A stretch of DNA of 44,335 bases from positions 1 through 44,335 of the IMG/VR virus record IMGVR_UViG_3300032103_000228; one strand, given 5' to 3'. Positions 17,889 through 27,234 of the stretch are shown here, one piece after another (position 1 is the first letter of the stretch; each line of letters begins with the position of its first letter). A program made the translations under genes and the position numbers. This stretch comes from a virus. Taxonomy: Duplodnaviria; Caudoviricetes. The notes below the pieces were generated by a model. It had not been told where the DNA came from, made no database searches, and saw only the letters and a list, made by a program, of their open reading frames with translations.

Positions 17889-18467
17889 ATGAACATCACG
17901 ATTGCGCCCGGGTTGAGGCCGACCTTCTTCCCGATGCGGCCGACGACTGGTTACATGATTCGTTCGGTGGACACCATCAAGCGGATTCTGGACCAAGTCG
18001 CGACCGGGTCGCACGTGGTCCAGCCCAAGCTGAACGGCGACCGTGGGACGTTGACCGTCCTCGACAGGAAGGTCTACATCTTCAATCGTCACAGGTCTGC
18101 TTACAAGATGACCGTGGTCAACCGCGAGGATTACTCGACCCTCCCTGACAAGGCCGTCTTCGACGGCGAAATCATCGAACGTCACTTTACCCCTTTTGAA
18201 GCCATCGTCGGCGGCAAGTCCTTGATGGACGAGTGCGTCACGGTCCGAATTGCCGAAGCCAAGGTGATTGCGGAAAAGTATGACGAGTGGCTTTTTGAAA
18301 CCCCGTCGCTTGAGTGGCTGATCGAGAACTTCAAGACCCAAGTGCCGCTCAACAAACGCTGTCGCTGGGAAGGCGTGGTGAAGAAAGCGACCAAGAAACC
18401 GTATACCCCGATGAGCAACGACAGTCAAGACAGCCCGGACTGGTGGAAACACAAATGGGTGAAATGA
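17889..18467 (+). CDS. Minimal ATP-dependent ligase/capping-family nucleotidyltransferase (adenylation domain only)
   Basis: Motif I QPKLNGDR, III FDGEI, IV EGVVKK, V WWKHK; no OB domain. Confidence 0.8.
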   Translation: MNITIAPGLRPTFFPMRPTTGYMIRSVDTIKRILDQVATGSHVVQPKLNGDRGTLTVLDRKVYIFNRHRSAYKMTVVNREDYSTLPDKAVFDGEIIERHFTPFEAIVGGKSLMDECVTVRIAEAKVIAEKYDEWLFETPSLEWLIENFKTQVPLNKRCRWEGVVKKATKKPYTPMSNDSQDSPDWWKHKWVK

Positions 18468-18470
18468 CTT

Positions 18471-19052
18471 ATGGTGCGATTCAAATTCCAAATTGAAGGT
18501 TACGACAGCGACTGGCTGGCGGGCGCCACCGGCGCCCGCGGTCTGCGCGACGCGGTCGAGCAGCTTCCGACATCCAACGTGCCGTGCCAGTTGAGTTTCC
18601 AAGCCGCGAACATCACGGGTGACCAGCTCAAGAACTTTCTGGCCCTGCTGGCTAAGTGCTGGCGGCACATCCAGTTCGGGGCAACTCCTTCCTCGAACCC
18701 GTGGAGCGGCTGGAGAGAGCGCGCCATCGAGGAACTTGACTTTGCCCGTCTGCTGCCGCCGAACATGACCTTTGACGTGGAGACCAGCGTCTGGTCGGTA
18801 ATTACGTCTCCGTGCAGCGTCAAGAGCGGGGCCGCGGTATTGCTCCGGTTGGTGAACATGCTGGAGTGGTCGGTGAAGTTCTCGGACCGCATTCGGTTGA
18901 CCACCAACACACCGTTCAAGTTCGAGACCTTTGAAGAGATTTCGAAGCACTGCCGTCCTGGGATGAACTTCCCTGAACGTCGTCCTGAACCTGAACGTAC
19001 GCCCGAGAATGCGCCTGCTGCGCCGGCCAACGAGACGGCCGCGATGCTTTAG
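18471..19052 (+). CDS. Hypothetical protein
   Basis: 193-aa ORF 3 nt after the ligase. Confidence 0.7.
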   Translation: MVRFKFQIEGYDSDWLAGATGARGLRDAVEQLPTSNVPCQLSFQAANITGDQLKNFLALLAKCWRHIQFGATPSSNPWSGWRERAIEELDFARLLPPNMTFDVETSVWSVITSPCSVKSGAAVLLRLVNMLEWSVKFSDRIRLTTNTPFKFETFEEISKHCRPGMNFPERRPEPERTPENAPAAPANETAAML

Positions 19053-19183
19053 TCCATCGCCAATAACTTGCGGCCAGCGGGCGTCCTCAACCGCCTTCGC
19101 GAACGAGAAGATCGGCGAGGTTCACACCATCCCGCTTCCTGAGGCCAAAGAAGAACAGTAGCTGCGGATTCGGCCGTTCTGGG

Positions 19184-19189
19184 TAGTTA
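19184..19189 (+). promoter_or_regulatory. TAGTTA motif (candidate late promoter, class B); representative copy
   Basis: Same hexamer 4-7 nt before starts at 323(-), 2115(-), 9273, 13731, 19196, 38369(-), 39039(-), 39082, 42866. Confidence 0.65.
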
Positions 19190-19195
19190 ACCAGT

Positions 19196-21556
19196 ATGGC
19201 CGAAAACACGCTGCGTTACATTAAGGTTGACTACCAGAGCCACCGCGACGCCCTCATTCAACGGGTGCGCTCGCGCTGGCCTGGGGTTTGGAACGATTTC
19301 TTCACCAGCAGCTTTGGGTCGATGATTATCGATCTGGTCGCTTGGTCGACTGCTACCATCGCCTTTTTGATCAACCGCCAGGCGGCGGAAAACTTCGTCC
19401 CCACCATGACCTTGCGCGAGTCTGCCGTGCGCATTGGGGCCTTCGTGGGGTATCAGCTTCGTGGCCCACTTCCAGCTTCCCTCGCTTGCGAGGCTACGTT
19501 GACCTCTCCGGCGGTGAATCAGGTTATGGTGGCCAAAGGTTCGCTCCTGCGTGTCGGTGACCATGTGGTGCCATTTGAGGTGGACCGCGACTATGTGATT
19601 GAGGTGGGAAAGACGTCTCCTGAGACCCGCGCGGTGGTGATTTCGGCCGCGTTGACCGGTTCAAAGACACTGTCTACTAACGCCGTGGTGACGGGTGGTT
19701 CAACTTACGTTGACCTGGTTGACTCGTCGATCAATCTTCAAAATTACGTGCAGATTGGCCAGACGTTTCGCCAGCTGCCACTTCCAATTTCTGGAATCGA
19801 GGAAATCTACACCATCCAGTCGATTGAGGCGGCACCCGGGGCGGTGAGCTACAACCGGTTGGTTATCTCGCCTTCCTGGCATGGACAAACAACGACCGAC
19901 GTTGTGGCTGACAGGTCGCAATCCGAAATTGCAGCTGAGGTTTATGACCGGCGCATTGGGCTGGTTCAAGGTCAGACGCTGAGTGACCAGTTTGTGACCC
20001 CGTCAACTGAATCTCCGTCCTACACTATCAAGTTGAGCCACACGCCGGTGATTGACGGTTCGGTTTTGATTACGGTCAACGGCGAGCCTTGGTATCAAGT
20101 TTCGTCTTTGGCCGTCGCTGATTCGTCATCGCAATCTTACGAGGTGCGGACGTTGCCCACGGGACAAACCGTGGTTTTGTTTGGTGGTGGCCAGTTTGGC
20201 CAGCTCGTCCCTCAAGATGCCGCCGTCATTGCCACTTACCGCATCGGCGGGGGCACTCAAGGAAACGTTGCCGTTGGGTCAGTCAACGTCTCGGTGGCTG
20301 GAACGAGCGTGGGCGGTTTGGTTGTCGTGCCATTGCGCAACGACACCTCAGGTGGACAAGGTGGTCGGGAAGCTGAGACGCTAGAAGAAGCGCGGGTCAA
20401 TATCCCGTACTTTGTCCGGACCAATGACCGGGCGGTAACTCTTGATGACTACCAGACGATTGCCCAGGGTTACAGCCACCCGCAGCGCGGTTCGGTTGCT
20501 TATGCCCGCGCGGCAGTGCGCACAGAAAACTCTTTGCTTGAAGGCAACATGGTGGTTATCTACGCGTGGACCACGGGTTCGGCTGGCGGCCTAGAAAACC
20601 TCTCGTTGACCTTGAAAGAGTCGCTTCGTGAGTACATGCAAACCAAGGCGGTGGGGACTGATTACGTGATGATTGCCGATGGTTCAGACCGCCCAGTACC
20701 GTTGAGCTTGCGGTTCAAGACGCTTGACGGGTTCGACGTGGTGGCCACGGAGGACTTGGTCAACAGCACCATTCGGAGCTTCATCTCCAATCTGCGCCCT
20801 GGCCAGCCGGTGATTTACTCTAACCTCCTGAGGGCGGTCGACGAAGTTTACGGCGTCGACACCGTGGCAATGTCCACCCCGACGTCGGACTTGAACACGT
20901 CAAATCCGACCGAATTGTTTACCCCGCCGGATGACGAGTTTATCTACGCGTTGGACCGTGTGCCAGGCACACGGTCCAACGCGTATGTGGCCCAGTTGCC
21001 GGCGGCACCGTTGGCCGCGTGGTCGTTCAGGGCTTTCCTGGACGGTAACGAGTTGACTGTGGTACCTGATACTTCTCCAGGCTACGCTCGGTTGCTGGGC
21101 GGCGCGTTGTTGACCACCCGGAAGTCGACCGTGAACCTTCTGAATGGCCAGGTGACCTTCTACACCGCGTCGTCAGGAGACTTCCAGATCATGCTCAACT
21201 ATGTCCAGGGGTATGACCGGGAGCGCACGGTGAACGCTTATGTGGGCTATTCAGGCGACAACTCGCAGGCCAAACGGCGCGAAATCAGAAATGCGTTGCA
21301 AGTGTGGAGCAACAACCTGGCCGTCGGGTCAGCCATCTACGCGGGCGACGTGAACCGGATTTCGACCGAGTACGATACTCCTGGAATTACTGTGTCGAAG
21401 AGTAACGTGGCCGCGGTGGTCGCCTCGGTATCCGGGGTAACTTCAGTGAACCGCGTGGCACTTGACACCCCGGCGAATGTGGATTTTCGCGTGACCGCGA
21501 CTGACTTTGAGCTTTTGAAGCTCGGGCTGATCGTGCTCAACAATCAGGTGGACTAG
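19196..21556 (+). CDS. Baseplate wedge protein (T4 gp6 / baseplate J-like)
   Basis: DYQSHRDALI, RESAVRIG..VGY, LFG.GQFG..P, YRIGGG..GN, ETLEEAR...RAVTLDDY. Confidence 0.88.
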   Translation: MAENTLRYIKVDYQSHRDALIQRVRSRWPGVWNDFFTSSFGSMIIDLVAWSTATIAFLINRQAAENFVPTMTLRESAVRIGAFVGYQLRGPLPASLACEATLTSPAVNQVMVAKGSLLRVGDHVVPFEVDRDYVIEVGKTSPETRAVVISAALTGSKTLSTNAVVTGGSTYVDLVDSSINLQNYVQIGQTFRQLPLPISGIEEIYTIQSIEAAPGAVSYNRLVISPSWHGQTTTDVVADRSQSEIAAEVYDRRIGLVQGQTLSDQFVTPSTESPSYTIKLSHTPVIDGSVLITVNGEPWYQVSSLAVADSSSQSYEVRTLPTGQTVVLFGGGQFGQLVPQDAAVIATYRIGGGTQGNVAVGSVNVSVAGTSVGGLVVVPLRNDTSGGQGGREAETLEEARVNIPYFVRTNDRAVTLDDYQTIAQGYSHPQRGSVAYARAAVRTENSLLEGNMVVIYAWTTGSAGGLENLSLTLKESLREYMQTKAVGTDYVMIADGSDRPVPLSLRFKTLDGFDVVATEDLVNSTIRSFISNLRPGQPVIYSNLLRAVDEVYGVDTVAMSTPTSDLNTSNPTELFTPPDDEFIYALDRVPGTRSNAYVAQLPAAPLAAWSFRAFLDGNELTVVPDTSPGYARLLGGALLTTRKSTVNLLNGQVTFYTASSGDFQIMLNYVQGYDRERTVNAYVGYSGDNSQAKRREIRNALQVWSNNLAVGSAIYAGDVNRISTEYDTPGITVSKSNVAAVVASVSGVTSVNRVALDTPANVDFRVTATDFELLKLGLIVLNNQVD

Positions 21557-21680
21557 CCGATTCTCCAATCCAAGATCTGTGGCACAAACCGAGTGACTTT
21601 CATAGGTCCATCCGGCGTGCTTTCAGGCTTTTGCGCGAAAAAGCAATAGTTGAGGTCTCGATTTGCTGCAAAGACGTGTT

Positions 21681-22922
21681 TCATGGTATTTGTCCGAGGC
21701 GGATGACGGTGACTCCTGCCGCGTCAGGGATGTAGCGGTGGGGGTCAAGCACGACAGAGCCGCGCGGAAAATTGAACCCGCGGAACTCGCGGTGCTTGGT
21801 GCCGATGAGGTAGACTGCCTTCTTTAGTTCAAGCGTGCCGGCGTCAACGTGTGGGTCCCAGATGACACAGTCAAACCCGTCGCGCCGGAGAAGTTCGGCG
21901 CAAAGGAGCGCAGGGCTTCCGGTGGTAATGTTGGTTTCGGGTTTGAACGACTTGCCCAGGATGATCTTCGGCAAGTCGTACTGCTTCATCAGGTTGACCA
22001 GCCAGTGGGCTTGCTGCTGGCGGGCGAGCATCAGGTTTTCGAAGATGTCACAGCTCAGATTGAGCTTGCGAGCCAGATAGGACATGGCAATGTTGTCACG
22101 TGGGTGACAGCTGCCGCCGTCACCCATGCCAGCGGTCATGTACTTGGGAGAAAGAAGCCGGTCGGTGCCTTTGCAGAGCGCACTGGTTACCGAATCCACG
22201 TCGGCCCCAACCTGGTGGCAGACCTCCATGAGCATGTTGACGAAGGTGAGTTTGGTGGAGATGAACGTATTGTAGGCCACCTTGGTCAGCTCAGCACTTT
22301 CAACTGTCATGCGGCAGATGGGAGGCACGGCGCCGGTCAATTGGAGGTAGAACTTCTGGTAGACATCGATGACTGGCTGTCCGGCTTCTTGATCGGCGCC
22401 GATCAAGACAAACTCGGGGTGCAGGAAATCACGCATGACCGTCCCCATGGCGATGAAGAAAGGATTGTAGACCAACCGGCACTTTCCTTTGAGGACAGGC
22501 ATGACTTCACGTCGGATGCTCCCTGGCAACGTCGTTGAGATGACCACGACAGTTTGGCTGGGCTTGACAAACTTGGCCACGTTTTCGGCGGCCGATCGGA
22601 GGTACGAGTAGTCAAAGTCAGCTCTTTCCGGCGGAAGTGACGTGGTGCCTTCGTATTCAGGGTGGTGCGGAGTTTGGATTGCCAAGTAGATGACGTCAGC
22701 GCGCTCGACGGTTTCCTGCAGTGCGCCGAATCGAATCTTGGACGACGCTAACCAGGTTTTGAAATCGCCTGTGCCGTCAGGACCTGCTTCGCGATGTGGG
22801 TAGTTATTTTTGTCCATCAAGGACGTGGTGACATCGTGTCCGACGACATCAAAAACTCGCGCAAGCGAGACAGCAACCGGCATGCCGAGTTTTCCAAGTC
22901 CAATGAATCCAATTTTTGTCAT
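21681..22922 (-). CDS. ugd: UDP-glucose/GDP-mannose dehydrogenase family protein
   Basis: GFIGLGKLG, YNPFFIAMG, AELTKVAYNTF, GDGGSCHPRD (catalytic Cys), LGKSFKP. Confidence 0.92.
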   Translation of the reverse strand: MTKIGFIGLGKLGMPVAVSLARVFDVVGHDVTTSLMDKNNYPHREAGPDGTGDFKTWLASSKIRFGALQETVERADVIYLAIQTPHHPEYEGTTSLPPERADFDYSYLRSAAENVAKFVKPSQTVVVISTTLPGSIRREVMPVLKGKCRLVYNPFFIAMGTVMRDFLHPEFVLIGADQEAGQPVIDVYQKFYLQLTGAVPPICRMTVESAELTKVAYNTFISTKLTFVNMLMEVCHQVGADVDSVTSALCKGTDRLLSPKYMTAGMGDGGSCHPRDNIAMSYLARKLNLSCDIFENLMLARQQQAHWLVNLMKQYDLPKIILGKSFKPETNITTGSPALLCAELLRRDGFDCVIWDPHVDAGTLELKKAVYLIGTKHREFRGFNFPRGSVVLDPHRYIPDAAGVTVIRLGQIP

Positions 22923-22978
22923 AGGTAGGTTCGCAGTATTTGTTGGTCTTTATGGGCATGCTCGTGTACTGCGCCATG

Positions 22979-23308
22979 TTAGACCTGGTCGCGGATAAAG
23001 TTATTGTAGTGGTCGATGAGCGCGCCTGGGATTATGAAGTTCCAGTTTACTGACTTGACGGTAAAGGTGGATAGCCAAGCGTCGTTGTGCTAGTGGAGTG
23101 ACAGGTGGCCCAGAATCCGTCGGACCAAGGAGCTGAGGGGATCGTTGAGGGGATCGTCGTCCCTGGCCAGGACTTCTACGTTGTCAGGGTTGTCACAGTT
23201 TGAAAGGACGGAGTTGATGGTGTCGATGGTGTCGATGGTGTCGACGGCACAGCTGGCTCGCTGCTGGGTGGGCAGAAGCACGGACAAGAGCGGGCCATTT
23301 CCGCGCAC
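22979..23308 (-). pseudogene. GT2 glycosyltransferase remnant
   Basis: LLSVLLPT...INSVLSNCDNPDNVEVLARDDD is a GT2-like N-terminus, followed by an early stop and internal 9-bp x3 and 12-bp x2 duplications. Confidence 0.6.
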
Positions 23309-23332
23309 TATTAAAACAATTCTTAGTGAGGT

Positions 23333-24136
23333 ATGAACGATGGTAAAAAGAACGTGGCGAGCTACAGTATCTTCGGCGATGACGACCGGTACTGGGGCGC
23401 AGTGCGAGGGGTAGTTTGGGCTCACCATCACATTTTTCCGGGTTGGGAGATTCGATTTTACCATGACGAGCGGATAAACGTTCATGGAAGTTGGTTGTTG
23501 AAATACGCCAAGGCAGGCTTGGTGAACCTTGTCGACTGCGGTCCAACGCCCCCAATTGGAATTGGGGCACTCTGGCGCTTCAAAGCGTTGTGGGATACAA
23601 ACACGAGATATGTATTGACCCGCGACATAGATTCGCTTCCGTTGATCCGCGACCGACTGATGGTTGAAGAGTTTATTGGCACGGGACTTCCAGTGCACGC
23701 GATTAGCGACCACTCTGACCATTCATGGGACATGCAGGCTGGAATGCTCGGGTTTCTAACCCCGAAGTTCAGGAACATGGTCTCCTTCGTGTCTTGGGAG
23801 TCGATGGTGGCGAAGGCAGGGGCACTCGGTATCAACATGGCAGTACGGGAAGGTGGGCCTGACCAGCAGTTGTTAGGTTGTCTCGTGTGGCCGTTGGTGG
23901 CGCAGTCGGCGTGCGAACACCGCCTTAAAGGGGTGACTTTCCGCGGGGGAGGTGCGCACTTTAGCGAGGTCAAGGTTGTCGAACTTCCAGACGTGACACC
24001 CGGGGTTCAGAAAGGGGCGGACGAGCTGATGCCATTCATGGGCTGCCCAGGGTTTGACCGAGGCCGTGTAATTTTATTTTTCAAGGAGCACGGAAACGCG
24101 GAAACCACCAGGAAACTGGAGGAGGCTGAAGCATGA
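23333..24136 (+). CDS. Putative GT-A-like glycosyltransferase (SxSxFG...WRF...RDxDS family)
   Basis: SYSIFG, FPGWEIRFY, LWRF, TRDIDS (DxD), H.ISDH..H...AGMLG, DQQLL...VWP. Confidence 0.65.
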   Translation: MNDGKKNVASYSIFGDDDRYWGAVRGVVWAHHHIFPGWEIRFYHDERINVHGSWLLKYAKAGLVNLVDCGPTPPIGIGALWRFKALWDTNTRYVLTRDIDSLPLIRDRLMVEEFIGTGLPVHAISDHSDHSWDMQAGMLGFLTPKFRNMVSFVSWESMVAKAGALGINMAVREGGPDQQLLGCLVWPLVAQSACEHRLKGVTFRGGGAHFSEVKVVELPDVTPGVQKGADELMPFMGCPGFDRGRVILFFKEHGNAETTRKLEEAEA

Positions 24137-24836
24137 AAAGGTTCTCGACGGCGTTGTTTGGAAACGTAGGCTACAACCTAGAGCCTGTCACCGCGTCAGC
24201 GCTTACGTTTTTCCCAGGCTGGGAGTTCAGGATTTCCACGACATCGGCTAGAGCATGCTTTGGCGGTTGTTACCGATGTGGGACCAGTCTGTGGACTATT
24301 TCTTGTGTCGCGACTTAGACAGCCTGCTGCTGGTCAAAGACCGTCGCATGGTTGAGACTTTCATCTCGGTTAAGGCAGCTGTGCACTGCGTGAACGATCA
24401 CCCGGACCACTGCGTACCGATGATGGGCGGCATGACTGGATTTTGGCGCTATGCTTGGAACAAATTGCCGGGGTCAACGCTCTATCCTGACTTTGAACAC
24501 TTGACTGAGGTTCAGGACGAGTTTTGGAACCAATACGGTGCGGACCAGTATTTGATGTGGCAAAAGCTGTGGCCTATCGCCCAGCAAAGCGTGTGCGAAC
24601 ATCGGTTGGCTGGATGGCTTCCGATTCCAGGAATGGTCCACTCGAGCACCACGGTTGAACCGCACCCGTTGCCTGACGTTGACCCGCACTTTCTTGAAGA
24701 GGTTGAGCACCCATATCACAAAAAGCCTTGTGCGCGCGGAGACTCCTACGCCAACTTCATGGGCGCGCCGCAGTTCACTGACCAGGCGATGTTGGATTTC
24801 AGGCAGTGGGGACCGCCGTCCGTTTTGACCCTTTAA
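24133..24836 (+). pseudogene. Frameshifted paralog of the preceding GT-like gene
   Basis: FSTALFG..FPGWEFR in one frame (24133) and MLWRL...CRDLDS...DHPDH..MMGGMTG..DQ in another (24255). Confidence 0.7.
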
Positions 24837-24841
24837 CACTT

Positions 24842-24867
24842 TTTGTTTACAACCGCGCGAATAGCGG
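24842..24867 (+). promoter_or_regulatory. Broken class A promoter (-10 lost)
   Basis: TTTGTTTACA-N13-CGG followed by a duplicated CCTTGGTGAGAAA instead of TATAGT. Confidence 0.55.
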
Positions 24868-24932
24868 CCTTGGTGAGAAATCCTTGGTGAGAAAATTCAT
24901 GGCCGGGGCGTGTTTTTACCAACCGCTGGAAC

Positions 24933-24990
24933 ATGAAGAATTTGTTTGACAAGGACTATTACGAGCGCGGCTGGAGAAGGGCATCAGCGG
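24933..24990 (+). pseudogene. Short remnant resembling a methyltransferase N-terminus
   Basis: MKNLFDKDYYERG then frameshift to (L)EKGIS. Confidence 0.3.
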
Positions 24991-25055
24991 ACCACTTGGT
25001 CAACAGGCACAGTCCCACGTCCTGCCGCTGTCCGGTCTTTTCCCGACTCTCGTAT

Positions 25056-25085
25056 TGTTTACAATTATCAGAATCCCGGTAAGGT
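25056..25085 (+). promoter_or_regulatory. Class A promoter (variant -10)
   Basis: TGTTTACA-N13-CGG-TAAGGT; ATG 5 nt downstream (25091). Confidence 0.6.
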
Positions 25086-25090
25086 TCAAC

Positions 25091-25410
25091 ATGAAACGAC
25101 GCATGGAACAACGTGGTTCCGTCGAGCACGACAAGTTTTTTGAGCCCACTGACGACCTCGGTGGGGCGCGGTGGGCTACTGGCGGTATCCCAAGCGGCGT
25201 GGGACAAGAAATTCAACGAGAAGCGCAAGGACAGCCTGCGTGGTCATTAAGACCGCAAACAACGTCAAGATCGAGAACCGCCCGTCGGCCGAAGGTCGTT
25301 GGGGTTTGGAAGTGGAAACCCACCAACTTGTCGGTGAGCGAGATCACCAACAAAATGTGCGAGCGCTGACCGCCGTCAATTCAAAGTGCGGCGTTCATTG
25401 CTCCATGTGC
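25091..25410 (+). pseudogene. Decayed amidoligase paralog
   Basis: Broken frames containing VIKT..., RWGLEVET..LVGE, AVNSKCGVH (compare VNKSCGLH). Confidence 0.5.
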
Positions 25411-25435
25411 GTAACTATAACTTATAGGATTATTT

Positions 25436-25999
25436 ATTTGCGTCATCCTATCATGCAAGTCCAGGCACCCCTCGCTAGAGATGCTTGAGCGCGCCCGCGC
25501 CGCGAATCCGCACGGTGCAGGCGTGGCATGGCGTGAAGGAGGCTTGGTGCGCTGGAGAAAAGGATTGGATGCCGTGGGAGTAGCTCAGCTGATTGCCGAC
25601 GGCGTGCTTCAATTTCCATACGTGGTGCATTTTCGACTCGCGTCGGTGGGCGAGCGCGTTCCTGAGCTGTGCCACCCGTTTCCAATCACAAATGCAGCGC
25701 CAACAGACCTGGAGGGTGACGCGTTGTCAGTCCTGTTTCACAATGGCACGTGGCGGGACTACGAGAGTCACTTGCTTCGGATGAGGCTGAACGGTCAGAT
25801 TTCCGACACACGGGTATTGGCTGCTTGGATTTCTCAGAATGAAAAGCCGACGGACGAAGGTTGGTTTGCCGACTTGATGCTTGACCGGTTGAGCGAAACC
25901 AGCCGGTTCGCGCTTTTCGACCACCGGGGGCCAATCTTGTACGGGCGCTGGTGGAGAATCGACCAGGTGGATTTGTCGAACACAATTTTTATGAAGTGA
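25436..25999 (+). CDS. Class II (Ntn) glutamine amidotransferase-like protein with ATT in the start position
   Basis: ATT-TGC-GTC-ATC gives (I/M)CVIL...; ANPHGAG, VHFRLASVG, LCHPF, LFHNG, SDTR. Confidence 0.75.
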   Translation: MCVILSCKSRHPSLEMLERARAANPHGAGVAWREGGLVRWRKGLDAVGVAQLIADGVLQFPYVVHFRLASVGERVPELCHPFPITNAAPTDLEGDALSVLFHNGTWRDYESHLLRMRLNGQISDTRVLAAWISQNEKPTDEGWFADLMLDRLSETSRFALFDHRGPILYGRWWRIDQVDLSNTIFMK

Positions 26000-26002
26000 T
26001 GT

Positions 26003-27190
26003 ATGCCGAACATCAACTCTACAATGACCTTTGGGCTGGAGCTCGAAATGGTCAAGTTGACCCCGCAGGCGCGGGGCTTGATGGCTCGGCACAGTTTTTC
26101 AACCCACTTCGACCGGTCGATCAAGGGGCGGAATGGTGAAGACTTGCCTGAGACTGTTGAAGCCGGTGGCGGTGTCGAGATCATCACTAAGCCATTGTCA
26201 TTTCAAGTTCGTGCAGCTCAAGACGGTCGTGGAATGACTGTTAACCTCGGGGCGTCGACGGACGCAGTGCGCGCCGTGTGCGAGTGCGCGGCCGAGGTGA
26301 ACAAGTCGTGCGGGCTTCACATCCACCTTGGACGTCCTTCGGCAAGCTGCCTCACGGCGTCAGCATGGCAGCCTGAGCACACTCGCACCATGCTGCTGAT
26401 TGGACTGTCACTCGAGGAGAAGCTGTTTGGGCTTTGTCCACCAAGCCGCCGAAATTCGTCGTATTGTAAGCCGATTCGCCAGTGCTACACGGCAGAGGAA
26501 CTCGGCTCCTACTACCCGATGGGCACGGTCAATCCCGGCAAGTATCAAAACCCAAAGCGCTATTGCTGGTTAAACACAGTGGAAACCCGGCGTGACCACC
26601 CCCGTTCACCCCGCACCATTGAAGTTCGCATGATGGGCAGTGTGCGCCGATTTGACTACATTTTGTCGTGGGTTAAGCTGTGGTGCAAGATTGCCGGTTA
26701 TGTGGGTAACGTGCCCAGTTCGCTGGCCATCATGCACTGCTGTTTTTCAGGGTCGCTGGACAATGACTTTGCGGAGATCAAGCGGGTTAAAGATGAGCGG
26801 GTCAACCGGCTTGCTGAACAGCCTGCAGGAAGACCTGTAGAGCCGACGCCGGATGAAGTTGCGCAAGAGCGCGACGCGTTTGAGCGCGACCTTCAGCGCA
26901 TCATTGAAGACGAGCGCTCGACCGCTCGGAGGTCTCGCCGGACGGCAGCCTGGAATGTCGTTCAGCGCGCGCAGGAGTCCGACCCGTCGAATGAGATTTC
27001 GTCGGTTTCAGTTCCTGATTGGGTCGACCCGGACCCGGTCAACCCAATCAGTGACACTCTGATGGAAGACGGTGATGAAAATGTGTCGCCGGCATCAAGC
27101 CGCGAACCGATGACTCAGACCACTATTTCAGAAAGGGCAGCACGGCTTGCGCGAGGGCTTCGCCGGGCCAACATCGACAACAACACGTAG
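26003..27190 (+). CDS. Putative amidoligase (COOH-NH2 ligase)
   Basis: TFGLELEM, FDRSI, GVEIIT, NKSCGLHIH, YCK, RYCWLN, TIEVR; charged low-complexity tail. Confidence 0.88.
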   Translation: MPNINSTMTFGLELEMVKLTPQARGLMARHSFSTHFDRSIKGRNGEDLPETVEAGGGVEIITKPLSFQVRAAQDGRGMTVNLGASTDAVRAVCECAAEVNKSCGLHIHLGRPSASCLTASAWQPEHTRTMLLIGLSLEEKLFGLCPPSRRNSSYCKPIRQCYTAEELGSYYPMGTVNPGKYQNPKRYCWLNTVETRRDHPRSPRTIEVRMMGSVRRFDYILSWVKLWCKIAGYVGNVPSSLAIMHCCFSGSLDNDFAEIKRVKDERVNRLAEQPAGRPVEPTPDEVAQERDAFERDLQRIIEDERSTARRSRRTAAWNVVQRAQESDPSNEISSVSVPDWVDPDPVNPISDTLMEDGDENVSPASSREPMTQTTISERAARLARGLRRANIDNNT

Positions 27191-27196
27191 CAAGTT

Positions 27197-27228
27197 TTTG
27201 TTTACAAATTAACGAGCTGCGGTATAGC
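27197..27228 (+). promoter_or_regulatory. Class A promoter
   Basis: TTTGTTTACA-N13-CGG-TATAGC; ATG 6 nt downstream (27235). Confidence 0.8.
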
Positions 27229-27234
27229 ATTACC

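Noticed and set aside
25411-25428. TAACTATAAC resembling the I-CeuI / 23S rRNA site
   Set aside because: Only 10 nt match and the rest diverges; no rRNA context
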